Below, piece by piece: positions 1 to 13,372 of a stretch of 64,000 nucleotides of DNA. Source of the stretch: Squalus acanthias (lineage: Eukaryota). Where the stretch lies: assembly GCA_030390025.1 (NCBI GenBank), contig CM059432.1:12462001-12526000 (forward strand), written 5' to 3'. The first letter of the stretch is position 1. Each line of letters begins with the position of its first letter. The notes under the pieces were generated by a model. The model did no database searches. It had not been told where the DNA came from and saw only the letters and a program-made list of their open reading frames with translations. Both the position numbers and the translations under genes were made by a program.

Positions 1-909
1 CTGGACAGCGTCACCCGCAGGCCACTCAGTATTATTTCATAAGTCATTTCCCATGAATGACAAGATTCATGTCAACGGCCATGAGGAGTCTGGCAGGACC
101 TCTGAGGATGGACGCCGGCACTTCAAACGCCTCCTTTGCCAAGGAAAGTTTCATTTTTTTGCTCATCAGTGGCAGGGGAGGGGTTGCATTTTCTGGCAGC
201 TTTCCGGGAGGCCAACAGTGTTTGTGGGTCAGTGAATCAATGGGTGAACTCTACTGTAAGGATTGAAAATGATCTGTGATAAAATCTCTTTTATCTGCAT
301 TCATAAACAAACAAACAAAAAAATAAATAAATCGCTAAACATCGGGTGGCAGCTAATATTTTTGGAGCGCGTACGGCAACTGTTCGGGGTCGCTCCTTTC
401 TTCCCCGCTCCCCTACACTGTGAGCGGGAGACTGAGGCAACCTTTGGCCTCCTTCTGACATTAGTGCTGCAAAGAGCGCGTTGCACTGGCAAATCATCGC
501 CACGCTGACGATAATGAGCAGGCGGTACCAAAATGCCGATACCGCCTGCGCTCTCGCAGGCTGGGGCCGTTATCCTCGGCCGCCAACGTTACCGCAGGTT
601 TCCCGCGTTCCCCAATGGACCTGAGGATATCTTTCCTCTCTATAAAACTGTACCGCCCGCTCCCCGCTGATGGACCGTGTCCATTGGAAAGCAAATAAAC
701 TGGGCAGTTCTCTTGAGTCGGGGAATCTGTGACCTGCTTAATACAGTGGTGAGCTGCTGATTGACGCCAAAATGTTATTTTAACTACAACTCGGGTGGGA
801 GGCCCGCCCGGTGTCAAACCCGCCGGAGAAGCCTGGCAGGAGACAGCAGAGTGGCCAGGAGAGGCCATGGTACGATTTATTTTTATTTTCCAGCGTTCCC
901 AGTTTCTCG

Positions 910-1028
910 GCCGGATCTTTAACGTCTCATCCGAAAGACGGCGATGTTCAAGTCTCTGGAGCGGGACCCGAAACCGCAACCTTCTGAATCAGAAGCGAGA
1001 GTGCTCGCCACTGAGCCACGGCTGACAC
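910..1028 (-). mobile_element. DeuSINE 5' fragment with internal deletion
   Basis: tttaacgtctcatccgaaagacggc and head sequence. Confidence 0.8.
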
Positions 1029-1029
1029 T

Positions 1030-1470
1030 GAGCAGTTGGCGGGTGCAGCAATGGTTTGGGGGGATTGATGGAAGACGTAAAAAGGTAAAAGCTGGGGTCA
1101 CTGATGTAGACCTGGAAGCTGGCCCCGTGCTTCTGGGCGATATTGTCAAAGGCCAGCATATAGGCGACGGAGAGAAAGGGACCAAAGTTGGAGCTTTGGG
1201 ACAAGTCATAGGTGGCTGTGCAAGCACAGGAGGAGAAACTATTGGAAGAGAGGCAATGATTTTATTTCAACGGCATTTGAGAGTGCCCAAATTTCAAGTG
1301 TTTCTTTTTTCCTCTGGTTTTGTTGGCCGCAGGGCTTTCTTAATGTTTCAAAGAGTAGAATTTAATGACCGTAGTTTGGACACAAGACTGTTCGGAAATA
1401 ACTTGCAGCAAGAAATTTTGACAAAAGAATTAGATAACATGTTTCAGAGTGGTGTTCCATCGAGTTTAAC
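1030..1470 (-). mobile_element. Old L2-type LINE reverse-transcriptase remnant
   Basis: SQSSNFGPFLSVAYMLAFDNIAQKHGASFQVYISDPSFYLF resembles the L2 RT motif QGSVLGPLLF..YMLPLG.II.KHG.SFH.YADDTQLYL. Confidence 0.65.
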
Positions 1471-1857
1471 GTAAAAAGAACTGCAAGCGATAAACCCATG
1501 TGCACAGTATAAATCAACAGTGTACTTTCTGTCTGTGCTGGAATACCAATGCCCTATGCTCCAGAGTGATAGGATGTTTGTTTGTGCTCCAAGTGCAGGC
1601 TGGATGTTATCCCACATAGTGGGGCAAAGAAAATGAGGGGGTAAATCACTGGTTAAGCCCCCAGCTGGAGCATTGTGTCCAATTCTGGGCACCACACTTT
1701 AGGAAGGATGTCAAGGCCTTAGGGGAAGGGTGCAGAGGAGATTTACTAGAATGGGACCAGGGATGCGGGACTTCAGTTAAGTGGAGAGACCAGAGAAGCT
1801 AGGGTTGGTTGTTCTCCTTAGAGTAGGGAAGGTTAAGGGGAGATTGAATCATAAAGG

Positions 1858-2324
1858 AACATCGAGGAACGGCACCTCATCTTTCGATTAGGCACTTTAC
1901 AGCCTTCTGGACTCAACATCGAGTTCAACAATTTCAGAACATAACCTCTGCCCCATCTTTTTTTTCCTTTTTTTTTCTCTCTCTCACATGGCAGCTGTCA
2001 ATCATTCTGCCATCGCCATTTACACTTCATCTCGAGCCATCTTTTGTTTCTTAACTTGTCCCATTACCATCTCCTTTTGCCTTGCACCATCATCCCTTTT
2101 GTCATTCAATCTCTCCTGCCTTCCACCCTATCACAGACCTTCCCTTTTGTTCTTTCCTCCCCTCCCCCCTTTCCCTGCCCCTACACTTGCTTAAAAACCT
2201 GTTCCATCTCCAACTTTTTCCAGTTCTGACGAAGGGTCATCAACCTGAAACGTTAACTCTGTTTCTCTCTCCACAGATGCTGCCTGACCTGCTGAGTGTT
2301 CCCAGCATTTTCTGTTTTTATTTT
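1858..2324 (+). mobile_element. Penelope-like element 3' fragment (GIY-YIG C-terminus, 3' region and hammerhead motif)
   Basis: 1861-1944 encodes IEERHLIFRLGTLQPSGLNIEFNNFRT*, a typical PLE endonuclease end; 11-bp TSD AATCATAAAGG (1847-1857, 2325-2335). Confidence 0.88.
2222..2258 (+). ncRNA. Minimal type I hammerhead ribozyme motif (PLE-borne)
   Basis: AGTT-CTGACGA-AGGGTCATCAACCT-GAAA-CGTT-AACT; stem I AGUU/AACU; stem II weakened by one change. Confidence 0.65.
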
Positions 2325-2441
2325 AATCATAAAGGGTTTGGATAGAGTAAATAAGGAGAAACTGTTTCCAGTGGCAGAAGGGTCGGTAGCCAGAGGACAC
2401 AGATTTAAGGTAACTGGCAAAAGAACCAGAGGGGTGATGAG

Positions 2442-2556
2442 CAATGTTTCTGTTCAGCCGCATGGCTGCGCAGCGCTCCGGAGGTCCCGCGCAGGCCGCT
2501 TGCCGGCTTTACAATGGGGTGCGCGGCCCCTTTAAAAAAAATTAAAGGAAACATTG
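2442..2556. mobile_element. 115-bp hAT-like MITE inside a CR1 3' end
   Basis: TIR CAATGTTTC/GAAACATTG; 8-bp TSD GTGATGAG/GTGATGAA. Confidence 0.75.
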
Positions 2557-2892
2557 GTGATGAAGAGAAATTTTTTGATGTAGCGAGTTGCTATTATCTG
2601 GAATGCGCTGCCTGAACGGGCGATGGAAGCAGACTTAATAGTAACTTTCAAAAGGGAATTGGATAAAGACTCGAAGGGGGAAAATTTGCAGGGCGATGAG
2701 GATTAATTGGATCGTGCTTTCTCAGAGCCGGCACAGGCACGATGGGCCGAATGGCCTCCTTCTGTGCGGTATCATTCTATGAACCGATGAAAAAACACAA
2801 GACATCCAACTGCAGAGTTACAGTGATCCTTAAGTCAATGTTGTACACCTGTAAAAGTGACAGGTATCACAACAGCAATGGCAAAACACCTG

Positions 2893-3506
2893 GGGGAAAA
2901 AATTGGGTTGCTTTGCGCAAAGCAACAAGTGCCTGGGCGCGGCGCGCCCGCCTCCTGCGAAACTCAGCGGGAGGTTAGCGGCGGCGCCAACCGGTAGCAC
3001 CCCGTGGCGCTGCGCCGCCGGCGATGACGTCATCGCCGTGCGCAGCGCCCCGCTCACGCCCTGGCCGCGATCATCGGGAGCGCCCCGACTTACCGTCGGA
3101 CGCTATGTCCGACGGGGTCAGGGGGGCCTACCTGCGGCCGGGGTGGCGCAATTTAAAGGCGAGGTGCGGGGCGGCCATTTTTGTTGCTGGCCGCCTGCCA
3201 GCACATGCCTGCGCTCCCGTCCCCGGCCTCCTGAACGTCCCCCACCCTCCCCCCCCACCGCGGAGTGCCGGCACTCCCGATCCCCGGGGGCCCAGCTGGG
3301 CCCCGGGTCGCGCTGCGCAAGGCCCCTCCCCTTTAAGAAGGGGAGGGAGGCCTGCAATACTGCGGCTGCGACGACGTGCTGCGGCACATAGCGCCGCGAT
3401 ATTGACTCGCAGCGCCCCAAGAGGGATGCGGGCGCTTCCAGTAGCTTCTCTCTTGGGGCGCAACCACTGAAGTTCCGGCGCGGGGGCGCCAATCAATTTT
3501 TAGCCC
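2893..3506. mobile_element. PIF/Harbinger-like GC-rich MITE (614 bp)
   Basis: Imperfect TIR GGGGAAAAAATTG/CAATTTTTAGCCC; 3-bp TSD CTG. Confidence 0.75.
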
Positions 3507-3569
3507 CTGGGATCAGGTAAGATGTTGTTACTCTCAACAAAAGAAAAAATGTACTCCCCCCTCCCAGCC

Positions 3570-3860
3570 TACAACAACAACTTGCATTTATATCGTGGTT
3601 TTTAACGTCCCAAGGCGTTTCACATGAGCGCTGTCCCGAGCCACATAAAGAGATATTAGAACGGGTGACCAAACGCTTGGTCAAAGAAGTAGGTTTTAAG
3701 GAGCGTCTTAAAGGAGAGAGGTGGAGAGATTTAGGGAGGGAATTTCAGAGCTTAGGTCCCAGGCAGCTGAAGGCACGGCCGCCAGTGGTGGAGCGATGAA
3801 ATTCAGGGATGCGCAAGAGGCCAGAATTGGAGGAGCGCGGAGACCTCGGAGGGTTGTGGG
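3570..3860 (-). mobile_element. L2-type LINE 3' end
   Basis: acaacaacttgcatttata tail complement; GGRAFSCLGPK.WNSLP-type ORF end. Confidence 0.85.
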
Positions 3861-4322
3861 CCAAAGGGGTTGTAGGAGGCAACTGTAATCTGCCAAAGGC
3901 ATGGCATCAAATCCTAACCCCCACCCCCACCCCCCCCCGCCACTCCCACCATCCCAGAGGAGTCTGGCCTCCACACAAATGTGCAGCCAAGATCAGGAGC
4001 TCAGTACAATGAACCGAGCTGAATCCTGGGCGCTGTGTTGCAGTTGTTCACGCTTTCTGTTGTTTCGCAAGACCTCGAGTTTACCCTCCACCTCAATAAA
4101 AATACCTTCACTGGTGCGTTTCTTCCCGATTTAAAATGAAAGTTTTAGTAGCTCACGCTGCTTGTGGTTCCCCCCCACCCCCCCGCAAAGATAGATGAGA
4201 AATACTACACAACTATCTTTGCTAATCGCTGGGCAATACGCAGGAGCAACCATTTTTGGAACAGTCTTTTCTCTTTTTAAAACAAACAATATTTCTTTGA
4301 ACTTAATTCTTGAACCGCAGAT

Positions 4323-4362
<40 letters not shown>

Positions 4363-5081
4363 TGGGTTAGCAATAGTTTCCAAACTAGCCTTACTGGAAA
4401 TAACATCTCAGACTCAAAATGAAGTTGCGAAGTGTTAAGCATTGCTTGTGTGAATGTAGAACGGTTAAGGCAGCGATGAACCGATCATTTTCACAGGAAG
4501 CGTAGCATGGCATTGGTTTCACTTCTCAAAACACTTTCACCAGTATCCTTTAAAAAGTACCTAGGAATAACATCCTGCTTTTTTAATCTCCCTCTCCTCA
4601 AAACCTTTTTTTTTGCTTTATCCAAACTCCAGCTTTCCGGTTAGTGAGAGGAAGTGTAGCTGAGGGCTTCTCTAAAGTTCCGACATAATTGTCCATTTAA
4701 AGCAGGGGGCAGGAATCTCAACATGTTTGAAACACCGAATCTCAGTAAGTAGAATTCAAAAATGTACTTGACATTATCACAAACTTCTAAATCCATTATA
4801 TCCCCGTGGAAAGACAAAAAAGGTTAATTTTTCACTTCCTCCGATGCTTTTAACTAGCTTATTTATTTTATTCGGCCAGATAATTTTGTCTCTATCTCCA
4901 CCCTTTTTACTTACATATATTGTATACAAATACAATCAATCATAACTATCTTAAATAACCGAGCGCTTGTTTCACAAGGCGAGAGAAGCAGGAAAAAGTT
5001 GTGTATAGCACAAAGCTCTCTTCACAATACACCTTAACCACCCCCCACTCCCCGCCACAACAAACTCACCCCCTGCCAAAG

Positions 5082-6745
5082 GAATATAGGAACAGGAGGA
5101 AGCCATTCAGCCCCTCGAGCCTGTTCCACCATTCGATGAGATCAGGGCTGATCTGTGACCTAACTCCACATACCCGCCTTTGCCCCGTATCCCTCAATAC
5201 CTTTGGTTAACAAAAATCTAGCAATCTCAGATTTAAAATTAACAACTGATCTCGCATCAACTGCAGTTTGCAGAAGAGAGTTCCAAACTTCTACCACCCT
5301 TTGTGTGTAGAAATGTTTCCTAACTTCACTCCTGAAAGGTCTGGCTCTAATTTTTAGACTATGTCCCCTAGTCCTAGACTCCCCAACCAGCGGAAATAGT
5401 TTCTCTCTATCTACCCTATCTGTTCCCTTTAATAGTTTGAAAACTTCGATCAAATCACCCCTTAACCTTCTAAATTCTAGGGAATGCAACCCTAATTTGT
5501 GTAATCTCTCCTCGTAATTTAACCCTTGGAGTCCGGGTATTATTCTAGTAAACCTACGCTGCACTCCCTCCAAGGCCAGTATATCCTTCCTAAGGTGTGG
5601 TACCCAGAACTGAACACAGTACTCCAGGTATGGTCTAACCAGGGTTTTACATACCTGTAGCATGACTTCTAACCATCTTGTATTCTAGCCCTCTAGATAT
5701 AAAGGCCAGCATTCTATTAGGCTTTTTGATTATTTTTTGTACCTGTCCATGACATTTTAATGATCGATGTACCTGGACCCCCAAGTCTCTTTGGACTGCC
5801 ACTGCTTCTAGCTCTTCACCATTTAGAAAGTACTCCGATCTATCCTTTTTAGGTCAAAAGTGAATGACCTCATACTTGACTATACTGAAATCCATTTGTC
5901 ATAGTTTTGCCCATTCACTTAATCTATTAATATCTCTTTGTAATTTTATGCTTCCATTTACACTGCTTACGATGCCGCCTACCTTTGTGTCATCAGCAAA
6001 CTTGGATATGTGGTTCTCTGTCCTGTCATCTAAGTCGTTAATAAATACAGTGAATAGTTGAGGCCCCAACACAGATCCCTGCGGGACACCACTAGTCACA
6101 TCCTGCCAATTAAAGTACCTGCCCATTATTCATACTCTCTGTCTCCTGCTGCTCAGCCAATCTCCTAACCAGGTCAATAATTTACCCTCAATTCCATGAG
6201 TTTCAAACTTTAGCTAAGTCTCTTATGGGGGACTTTATCGCATGCTTTCTGGAAGTCTATATAAATAACAGCCACAGACATTCCCCTGTCCACTACTTTA
6301 GTCACCTCTTCAAAAAATTCAATTGGGTTCGTCAGGCATGACCTGCCTTTCACAAATCCATGCTGGCTCTCTCTGATCAGCTGAAAATTTTCAAGGTGTT
6401 CAGTCACTCTATCCTTAATTATAGACTCTAGTAATGACAACAGATGTTAGGCTAACTGGTCTATAATTCCCTGGTTTCCCTCTCTCACCTTCCTTAAATA
6501 GCAGAGTGACGTGCAATTTTCCAATCTGGAGGAACGGTTCCTGAATCGAGAGAACTCTGGAAGATCATAGTTAGGGCATCTGCAATGTTCTCACCTACTT
6601 CCTTCAAAAAACCCTGGGATGGAAGCCATCTGGTCCTGGGGATTTGTCACTCTTTAGTGCCATTATTTTCTTCATTGCTGTTAATTGCTTACATTAATTT
6701 TGGTGAGTTTCCATCCCTGATTCAATATTAGTTTCCTTGGGATAA
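5082..6745 (-). mobile_element. CR1 LINE, 3' part of ORF2 and tail
   Basis: ORF pieces [33 protein letters not shown] and [13 protein letters not shown], frameshifted. Confidence 0.96.
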
Positions 6746-7254
6746 CATTAGAACACAACATCCTACTTCTCCTATTCCAGGAATCCCGAGTTAGGCAATT
6801 TAGTGCTGGATTATGAGCAGGTATATACTGTGGACATTCATCTGGCTATATACAGGGCCTAGACTGGCTGAACTCACTTTGTTTAGGACCCAAGTATCTA
6901 GCAGAGAAAGACACCCATTCCATCAATTTGAACCCATAGTTGAAAGTATAGTATTATTATCCATTGTGCTACCCAATCCCTGCACCACCAATGAAGTTTC
7001 AAGCGGCAATATTAAGATTTGCCTCTTTTTTACCCTTCATATAAACGCCATCATTCCATTTGATGTTTGATCCCAAGATGTATTTTGTTGCCCATGGCAA
7101 ATTAGTACTTTCCAAGCCACAAGTCTCTGGGTCAGCGAGTGAATTACTCCCAAAATTCCATCGGCATTACTAGCTGAAGAACTTAAAATTAGGTTTCAGC
7201 CAGCCCACTGCTTACTCTATAGTATTACCCGGATTAGAGTGCGGTACGTCAAAT

Positions 7255-7570
7255 CGAGTTACTTCTGAAAGTGCAGTAACTTGTTGTATAGATAATGGGG
7301 CAGCCATTTTTTGCACTCAGCAATGTCCAGGAGGCGAATGGACAATAAAACAATTTTTTTTTGGGTGGTGGTCTTAGTTGTGGAAGGAATGTTTGGCCAG
7401 GACACTGGGAGAACTCCCCTGCATTTTAACACCCCGGTTGAAAAATCGCATCCACAGAACGGCAGCTCGCAACACTCCCGCAAGCACTGCGGTGAAATAT
7501 CCTCTCGGATTGTGAACTCAAAGCCCCGGTGTGGGGCTCCAAACCTTCTGAGCCAGAGGCGAGACGAGCA
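7255..7570 (-). mobile_element. Degenerate DeuSINE
   Basis: ggccaggacactgggagaactcccctgc and eroded head. Confidence 0.7.
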
Positions 7571-8464
7571 AGCAGCGACCGACAGGAAATGCTAGGCCTT
7601 ACAAAAGATGCTCGGCAATCCTAACCAGTGAATCACAAGCAATGGTGAACAACCAACAACCCGTGGTTACATCTGTTTGGAAGATGCTGTTGCAAAATCC
7701 TCTCTGATTTTAATCTTTATCGGGAAAATCTGTAGTAGAGTTAAAAAAAAAAGTCTCAAGGAAACCAAAGATATAACAGTTAATCATTGTATAAAAGTAA
7801 ATGCAGAGAATTCGGTGCAGGCAGTGAGTGGCCAGTTTCTTACTCAGGAATAATCCAAGAACAGAGCAAAAAAATATCCAATGACCAGCTTTTCGCTGAA
7901 AAGCGAAATTAAAAAAAAAACTGTCAGCACCTATTGTATTTATGCTAGTTTGCTGAAGCTGTGAATTCCTGTTGCTTGATTTGTCTGCTTTATGCCGCTA
8001 CATTCACAGCCCAAAACAATCACTCTGTGCCTGACGACCTACGTGACCTTTTGTGCTAACAAAACATAATAGTGTAAATGTGATTATTATAAACTGCTTA
8101 ACTAGGACAACAGTCTCCACAGTCATACCGGTTTTGATATGGAATACATTATTACGAAATATTAAAAGTTGGTGGCGTATTAAGCGAGTGTTCCTAATTG
8201 GAGGAATAACAACGAGACGCAGGCTTAGAAATGCCAGCCCGTTTTGGGCATGGAGTCATTCATTTGGGCAGGATGCTGGAAAATATGGGAATTTGGGTAG
8301 ATCCTGTTTCCGCCCCTTCCTGGCCTCTTGAGAAATTCCGATGGGAGAAGATCCGATTTGGAGATGGGACCGCCGGGATGTCAGGCACCCATGAAAGTCC
8401 CACCAATTCCATTCAGCGCACAAGTGCTTCGGGTGAGCCCCACCACGCATATCCAAAGAGAGAG

Positions 8465-8904
8465 AAAGAACCTGCATTGATGTAGCGCCTTTCTCAACCT
8501 CAGGACGTTCCAAAGCCCTTATACGGTTAATTAAGTACTTTTTCCAAGTGTGGTCACTGTTGTAATGTAGGTAAAATGCTGCAGTCAACCTACGCACAGC
8601 AAGGTCCAACAAACAAGCAATGAGATACATAATCAGATAATCTGTTTTTAGATGTAGGTTGAGGGATAAATATTGGCTAGGATACCCGGCAGAACCTCCC
8701 CCTGCTCTTCTTCGAATAGCGTCATGGGAAGGGACTCTGTTTAACATCTCACCTGAAAGGCAGCACCTCCAACTGTGCAGCACTCCCTCAGCACTGCACT
8801 GGAGTGTCAGCCTAGATCATGTGCTCAAGTCCCTGGAGTGGGACTTGAACCCACAACCTTCTGACTCAGAGGCGAGAGTGCTACCCACTGAGCCACGGCT
8901 GGCA
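8465..8904 (-). mobile_element. DeuSINE copy
   Basis: Colinear with 26295-26764. Confidence 0.85.
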
Positions 8905-9288
8905 CCTATCCAAATGATAATTGATCATAGAGTGATTGATTGCTATTCGGACAGCATCGCAACAGTGAGACAGCAACCATCAGTTAAAATTTTGACTTTT
9001 TACATTTAGGCCAGACCAGCACGTTACCGCCACCCCCTCAACCCAACCACATCAACCCCCGCCAGAGTGGCAAGGGAATTGCCATTTCCAACGCGGGATG
9101 GCCGCCCCGTAGCGCCGTAAATAGCATGTCCACGCTCTCCTTGAATAATCCCATCACCGAGATTTGGGGCCGGACGATGGCCAGAGCAGGCCAGCAGGAG
9201 CTCTGCCCCTGCACATTTCCGGCACACTTTCAGAAATTGCTAAACTACAATTTTTTGGCTAATGGATTGAAGTTCCAAGGTAACCACG

Positions 9289-9555
9289 CTGCTCCAATAA
9301 CTCAGTGAATCCGTCTGTGCCATACATGTCGGGAGAGCTCTAGGTTTGATTCCCGGTCGGTGCTGAGCTGGCTGATTGCAGCAGGGACCTTGGCAGGTGT
9401 GCTACAAATGGTCTCAGAACATTAAAACAATGTAGAGGGCTCCTACTCCTGATCGATAGCCATTGACTACTACTTGAAGTGTGCACGTGAGGGCATCTGG
9501 TTCAGGCTTAGCACGATGACAAGGCAGTAAAATAACTGGTCAACAATCACTGTTT
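9289..9555 (+). mobile_element. Old tRNA-derived SINE-like remnant
   Basis: B-box-like aggtttgattcccggtc followed by gtgctgagctggctgat; heavily diverged. Confidence 0.45.
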
Positions 9556-9605
9556 TGATCCAACATCGGTAGTTGGGAAAATGCTAGAGTCCATTATAAA
9601 AGATG

Positions 9606-9841
9606 CGCCACACAAGTGCCAGGCAATGACTATCTCCAACAAGCGAGAGTCTAATCACCACCCCTTGACATTCAATGGCATTACCATCACCGAATCCCCC
9701 ACCATCAACATCCTGGGGGTCATCATTGACCAGAAACTTAACTTGACCAGCCACATAAATACTGTGGCATCAAGAGCAGGTCAAAGGCAAAGTATTCTGC
9801 AGCGCGTGTCTCACCTCCTGACTCACCAATGCCTTTCCACC
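9606..9841 (+). mobile_element. Second CR1/L2-group LINE family (family B), internal fragment
   Basis: APHKCQAMTISNKRES...INILGVIIDQKLNLTSHINTVA; overlaps the 5' edge of the other family B copies. Confidence 0.85.
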
Positions 9842-11283
9842 ATCCGCATAAAAATAAAACAAAAAAGGTGACTCAACCGTGGCTAACAAGGGAAATTAGG
9901 GATAGCATAAGATTCAAGGAGAGGTCATATAAATTGGCCAGAAAAGGCAGCAAACCTGAGGATTGGGAGCAGTTTAGGATTCAGCAAAGGAGGACAAAGG
10001 GATTAATTAAGAGGGGGAAAATAGAATATGAGAGTAAGATTTCAGGGAACATAAAAACTGACTGTAAAAGCTTCTATAGATATGTGAAGAGAAAAAGATT
10101 GGTGAAGTCAAGCGTAGGTCCCTTGCAGTCAGAATCAGGGGAAATTTATAATGGGGAACAAAGAAATGGCAGACCAATTAAATACATACTTTGGTTCTGT
10201 CTTCACAAAGGAGGACACAAATAAACTCCCAGAGATGTCGGGGAACATAAGGTCTAATGAGAGGGAGGAATTGAATGAAATCAGTATTTGTAGGGAAATG
10301 GTGTTTGGGAAATTGACGGGATTGAAGGCCGATAAATCCCCAGGGCCTGATAATCTACATCCTAGGGTACTTAAGGAAGTGGCCCTAGAAATAGTAGATG
10401 CATTGCTGGTCATCTTTCAAAATTCTATAGACTCTGGAACAGTTCCCATGGATTGGAGGGTAGCTAATGTAACCCCACTATTTAAAAAAGGTGGTAGAGA
10501 AAAAACGGGGAATTATAGACCAGTAAGCCTGACATCGGTAGTGGGCAAAATGCTAGAGTCCATTATAAAAGATGTAATAGCAGAGCACTTGGAAAACAGT
10601 GACAGGATCAGAGAAAGTCAACATGGATTTACAAAAGGTAAATCATGCCTGACTAATCTACTGGAATTTTTTAAGGATGTAACTGGTAGAATAGATAAGG
10701 AGAACCAGTGGATGTGGTGTATTTGGACTTTCAGAAGGCTTTCGATAAGGTCCCACATAAGAGATTAGCATGCAAAGTTAAAGCACATGGGATTGGGGGT
10801 AAGGTACTGATTTGGATAGAGAACTGGTTGGCAGACAGGAAGCAAAGAGTTGGAATAAACGGGTCTTTTTCCGAGTGGCAGGCAGTGACTAGTGGGGTAC
10901 CGCAGGGATCGGTCCTAGGACCCCAGCTATTCATAATATATATTAATGATCTAGACGAGGGAACTAGATGTAATATCTCTAAGTTTGCAGACGACACAAA
11001 GCTGGGTGGGCGTGTGTGCTGTGAGGAGGATGCAGAGAAACTCCAGTATGATTTGGACAGGTTGGGTGATTGGGCAGATGCATGGCAGATGCAGTATAAT
11101 GTGGATAAATGCGAGGTTATCCACTTTGGTGGCAAAAACAGGAAGACAGATTATTATCTGAACGGCAATAGATTGGGAAAAGGGGAAGTGCAACAAGATC
11201 TGGGAGTCCTTGTGCACCAGTCGCTGAAGGTAAGCATGCAGGTGCAGCAGGCGGTTAAGAAGGCAAATGGTATTTTGGCCTTC
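9842..11283 (+). mobile_element. CR1 LINE ORF2 internal fragment
   Basis: [53 protein letters not shown]; two frameshifts; truncated at both ends. Confidence 0.96.
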
Positions 11284-12019
11284 CCGATCTCCCCAATAAC
11301 TGCTGCTGAATACTACAATGAACTCCTTCTCCCCACTGTTACTAAACTCCATGTACCAACATCCAATCTGCTACATGTTGCCTACCACCCAGAGCTTTGA
11401 AAATGGTTAGTTAAAAAAAACTGAGCATAAAAACGAAAGAGCATAGTTACATAGTATTTACAGCAGGCCCAACAGGTCCATGCCGGTGTTTATGCTCCAC
11501 ATGAGCCCTGTAATCAAGGCCACTAATTTATGCTTCCATGGACAAATTGAAAGAGTTGAGGAACTTGATCTCCAAAAACGGCACTAGAAGTCCCATAACA
11601 CCACGCAATAAAAAGTGACTTTGACATAGTCATCTGCTGTAAATAGGTGGTGTAACACATCTGTTATTGTAAAATAAATCTATTATGTAAGCATCGCCAC
11701 AGGAGGTGCACCAGAAATATTATAAAAGTGATGCATCTAGTGTGCACTTCCTTTCCATCACACTTCAACTTTCTGTATTACACTTTGAAGAAAAATATCT
11801 AAAGAGCTCTTCAGGAACATAAAATACCACAGGCCACAAGTCTCTTAATTCATCACTGCACGGGCCCAGTATTTAACAGCAATTACACGGGGTGGGTTTA
11901 TGGGGGACACATGGACGTTATGCCATTTTCCTAAGGTTTCCGCAGCTCTCCAGCGGGAGAACCTCCACGGAGATTTACTCCCCACCCCATCCCCCCCCCC
12001 CCCAGATATCTATTTCTAA

Positions 12020-12165
12020 CTGGAATTTAAATACTTGAAGGGAAAAAAGTTACAGGGCTGTGGGGAAAGAGCAGGGGCAGTGGGATTAACTGGATAGCTC
12101 TACCAAAGAGCCGGCACAGGCACCGAATGGCCTCCAACTGTGCTGTGTCATTCTATGATTCTGTG
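12020..12165 (+). mobile_element. CR1 3' tail fragment
   Basis: aaagagccggcacagg...gaatggcctcc..tgtgctgt..cattctatgattct. Confidence 0.8.
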
Positions 12166-12326
12166 ATAAATTCCATATTATCATGCTGAGTTTTTTCTGA
12201 AATGATATATCCGCCTGAATAGGCCTCGGTTTAATGCTTCTGTACTGCCAGCATAGCTTCATAGTCCTGGAGTGGGGCCTGAACCCACCTTTAAAAAAAC
12301 TAAGTGATAAAAATTAAATATATATG

Positions 12327-12359
<33 letters not shown>

Positions 12360-12363
<4 letters not shown>

Positions 12364-12502
12364 TTTCTAGACACAAAAGGCATCAAGGGGTATGGGGAGA
12401 GAGCGGGAATATGGTATTGAGATAGAGGATCAGCATGATCATATTGAATAGCGGAGCAGGCTCGAAAGGCTGAATGGCCTACTCCTGCTCCTATTTTTCT
12501 AT
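12360..12502 (+). mobile_element. CR1 3' tail fragment next to (TA)n
   Basis: atcaaggggtatggggagagagcgggaat...gaatggcctactcctgctcctatt, same sense as the tail at 50755-50880. Confidence 0.8.
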
Positions 12503-12759
12503 ACAGATGCCACTTATTTACAGAATAGTGGAAACTGAACCCCAAAAGTACCTGTAAAAATCCCAGAATAAATTTAGTGAAAAAAAATTTGACTTAGCCA
12601 TTGTGAATCAGTGTATTTTTTAATAAAATAGCATGTTCTCCAAACTCACTGTGAACAGCCCCTATAGAGATCAGTAATAAATCTGCATAGACTTGCACTT
12701 CCAATGAAGTAGCATTTACTTCCTGGAACAATTTTCTCTCATGCCTATTTCCATCACGT

Positions 12760-13372
12760 TACATAGGATATACGGCACAGAAACAGGCCATTCGGCCCAA
12801 CCAGTCCATGCCGGCGTTTATGCTCCACTCGAGCCTCCTCCCGTCTTTCCTCATCTAAATCTATCAGCATAACCCTCTATTCCCTTTTCCCTCATATGCT
12901 TCTAGCCACCCCTTAAATGCATCTATACTATTCGCTTCAACCACTCCCTGTGGTAGCGAGTTCCATATTCTCATCACTCCCTGGGTAAAGAAGTTTCTTC
13001 TGAATTCCCTATTGGACTATCTTATATTGATGGCCTCTAGTTATGCTCTTCCCCACAAGTGGAAACAGTCTCTCTGTATCCACTCTATCAAAACCTTTCA
13101 TGATTTTAAAGACCCCTATTAGGTCACCCCTCAGCCTTCTTTTTTCCAAGCGAAAAGAGACCCAGCCTGTTCATCCGTTCCTGATATGTATACCCTGGTA
13201 TCATCCTTGTAAATCTTCTCTGCACCCTCTCCAGTGCCTCTATATCCTTTTTATAATATGGCGACCAGAACTGTACACAGTACCCTAAGTGTGGTCTAAC
13301 CAAGGTTCAATACAGGTTTAGTATAACTTCCTTACTTTTCAATTCTATCCCTCCAGAAATAAACCCTAGTGC
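12760..13372 (-). mobile_element. CR1 LINE 3' end
   Basis: ggcacagaaacaggccattcggccc tail complement followed by ORF2 C-terminal sequence. Confidence 0.88.

Larger units (their letters stand above)
1640..2790 (+). mobile_element. CR1 LINE 3' end, host to PLE and hAT inserts
   Basis: ccccagctggagcattgtgtccaattctgggcaccacactttaggaagg, REKLFPVAEGS..RGHRFK and gatgggccgaatggcctccttctgtg tail. Confidence 0.9.

Noticed and set aside
944..1474. 176-aa plus-strand ORF
   Set aside because: Antisense read-through of a SINE fragment and an old L2 RT remnant.
2893..3506. CpG island or GC-rich coding exon (several overlapping Pro/Arg/Ala ORFs)
   Set aside because: Bounded by TIRs and a 3-bp TSD; the ORFs are GC-content artefacts.
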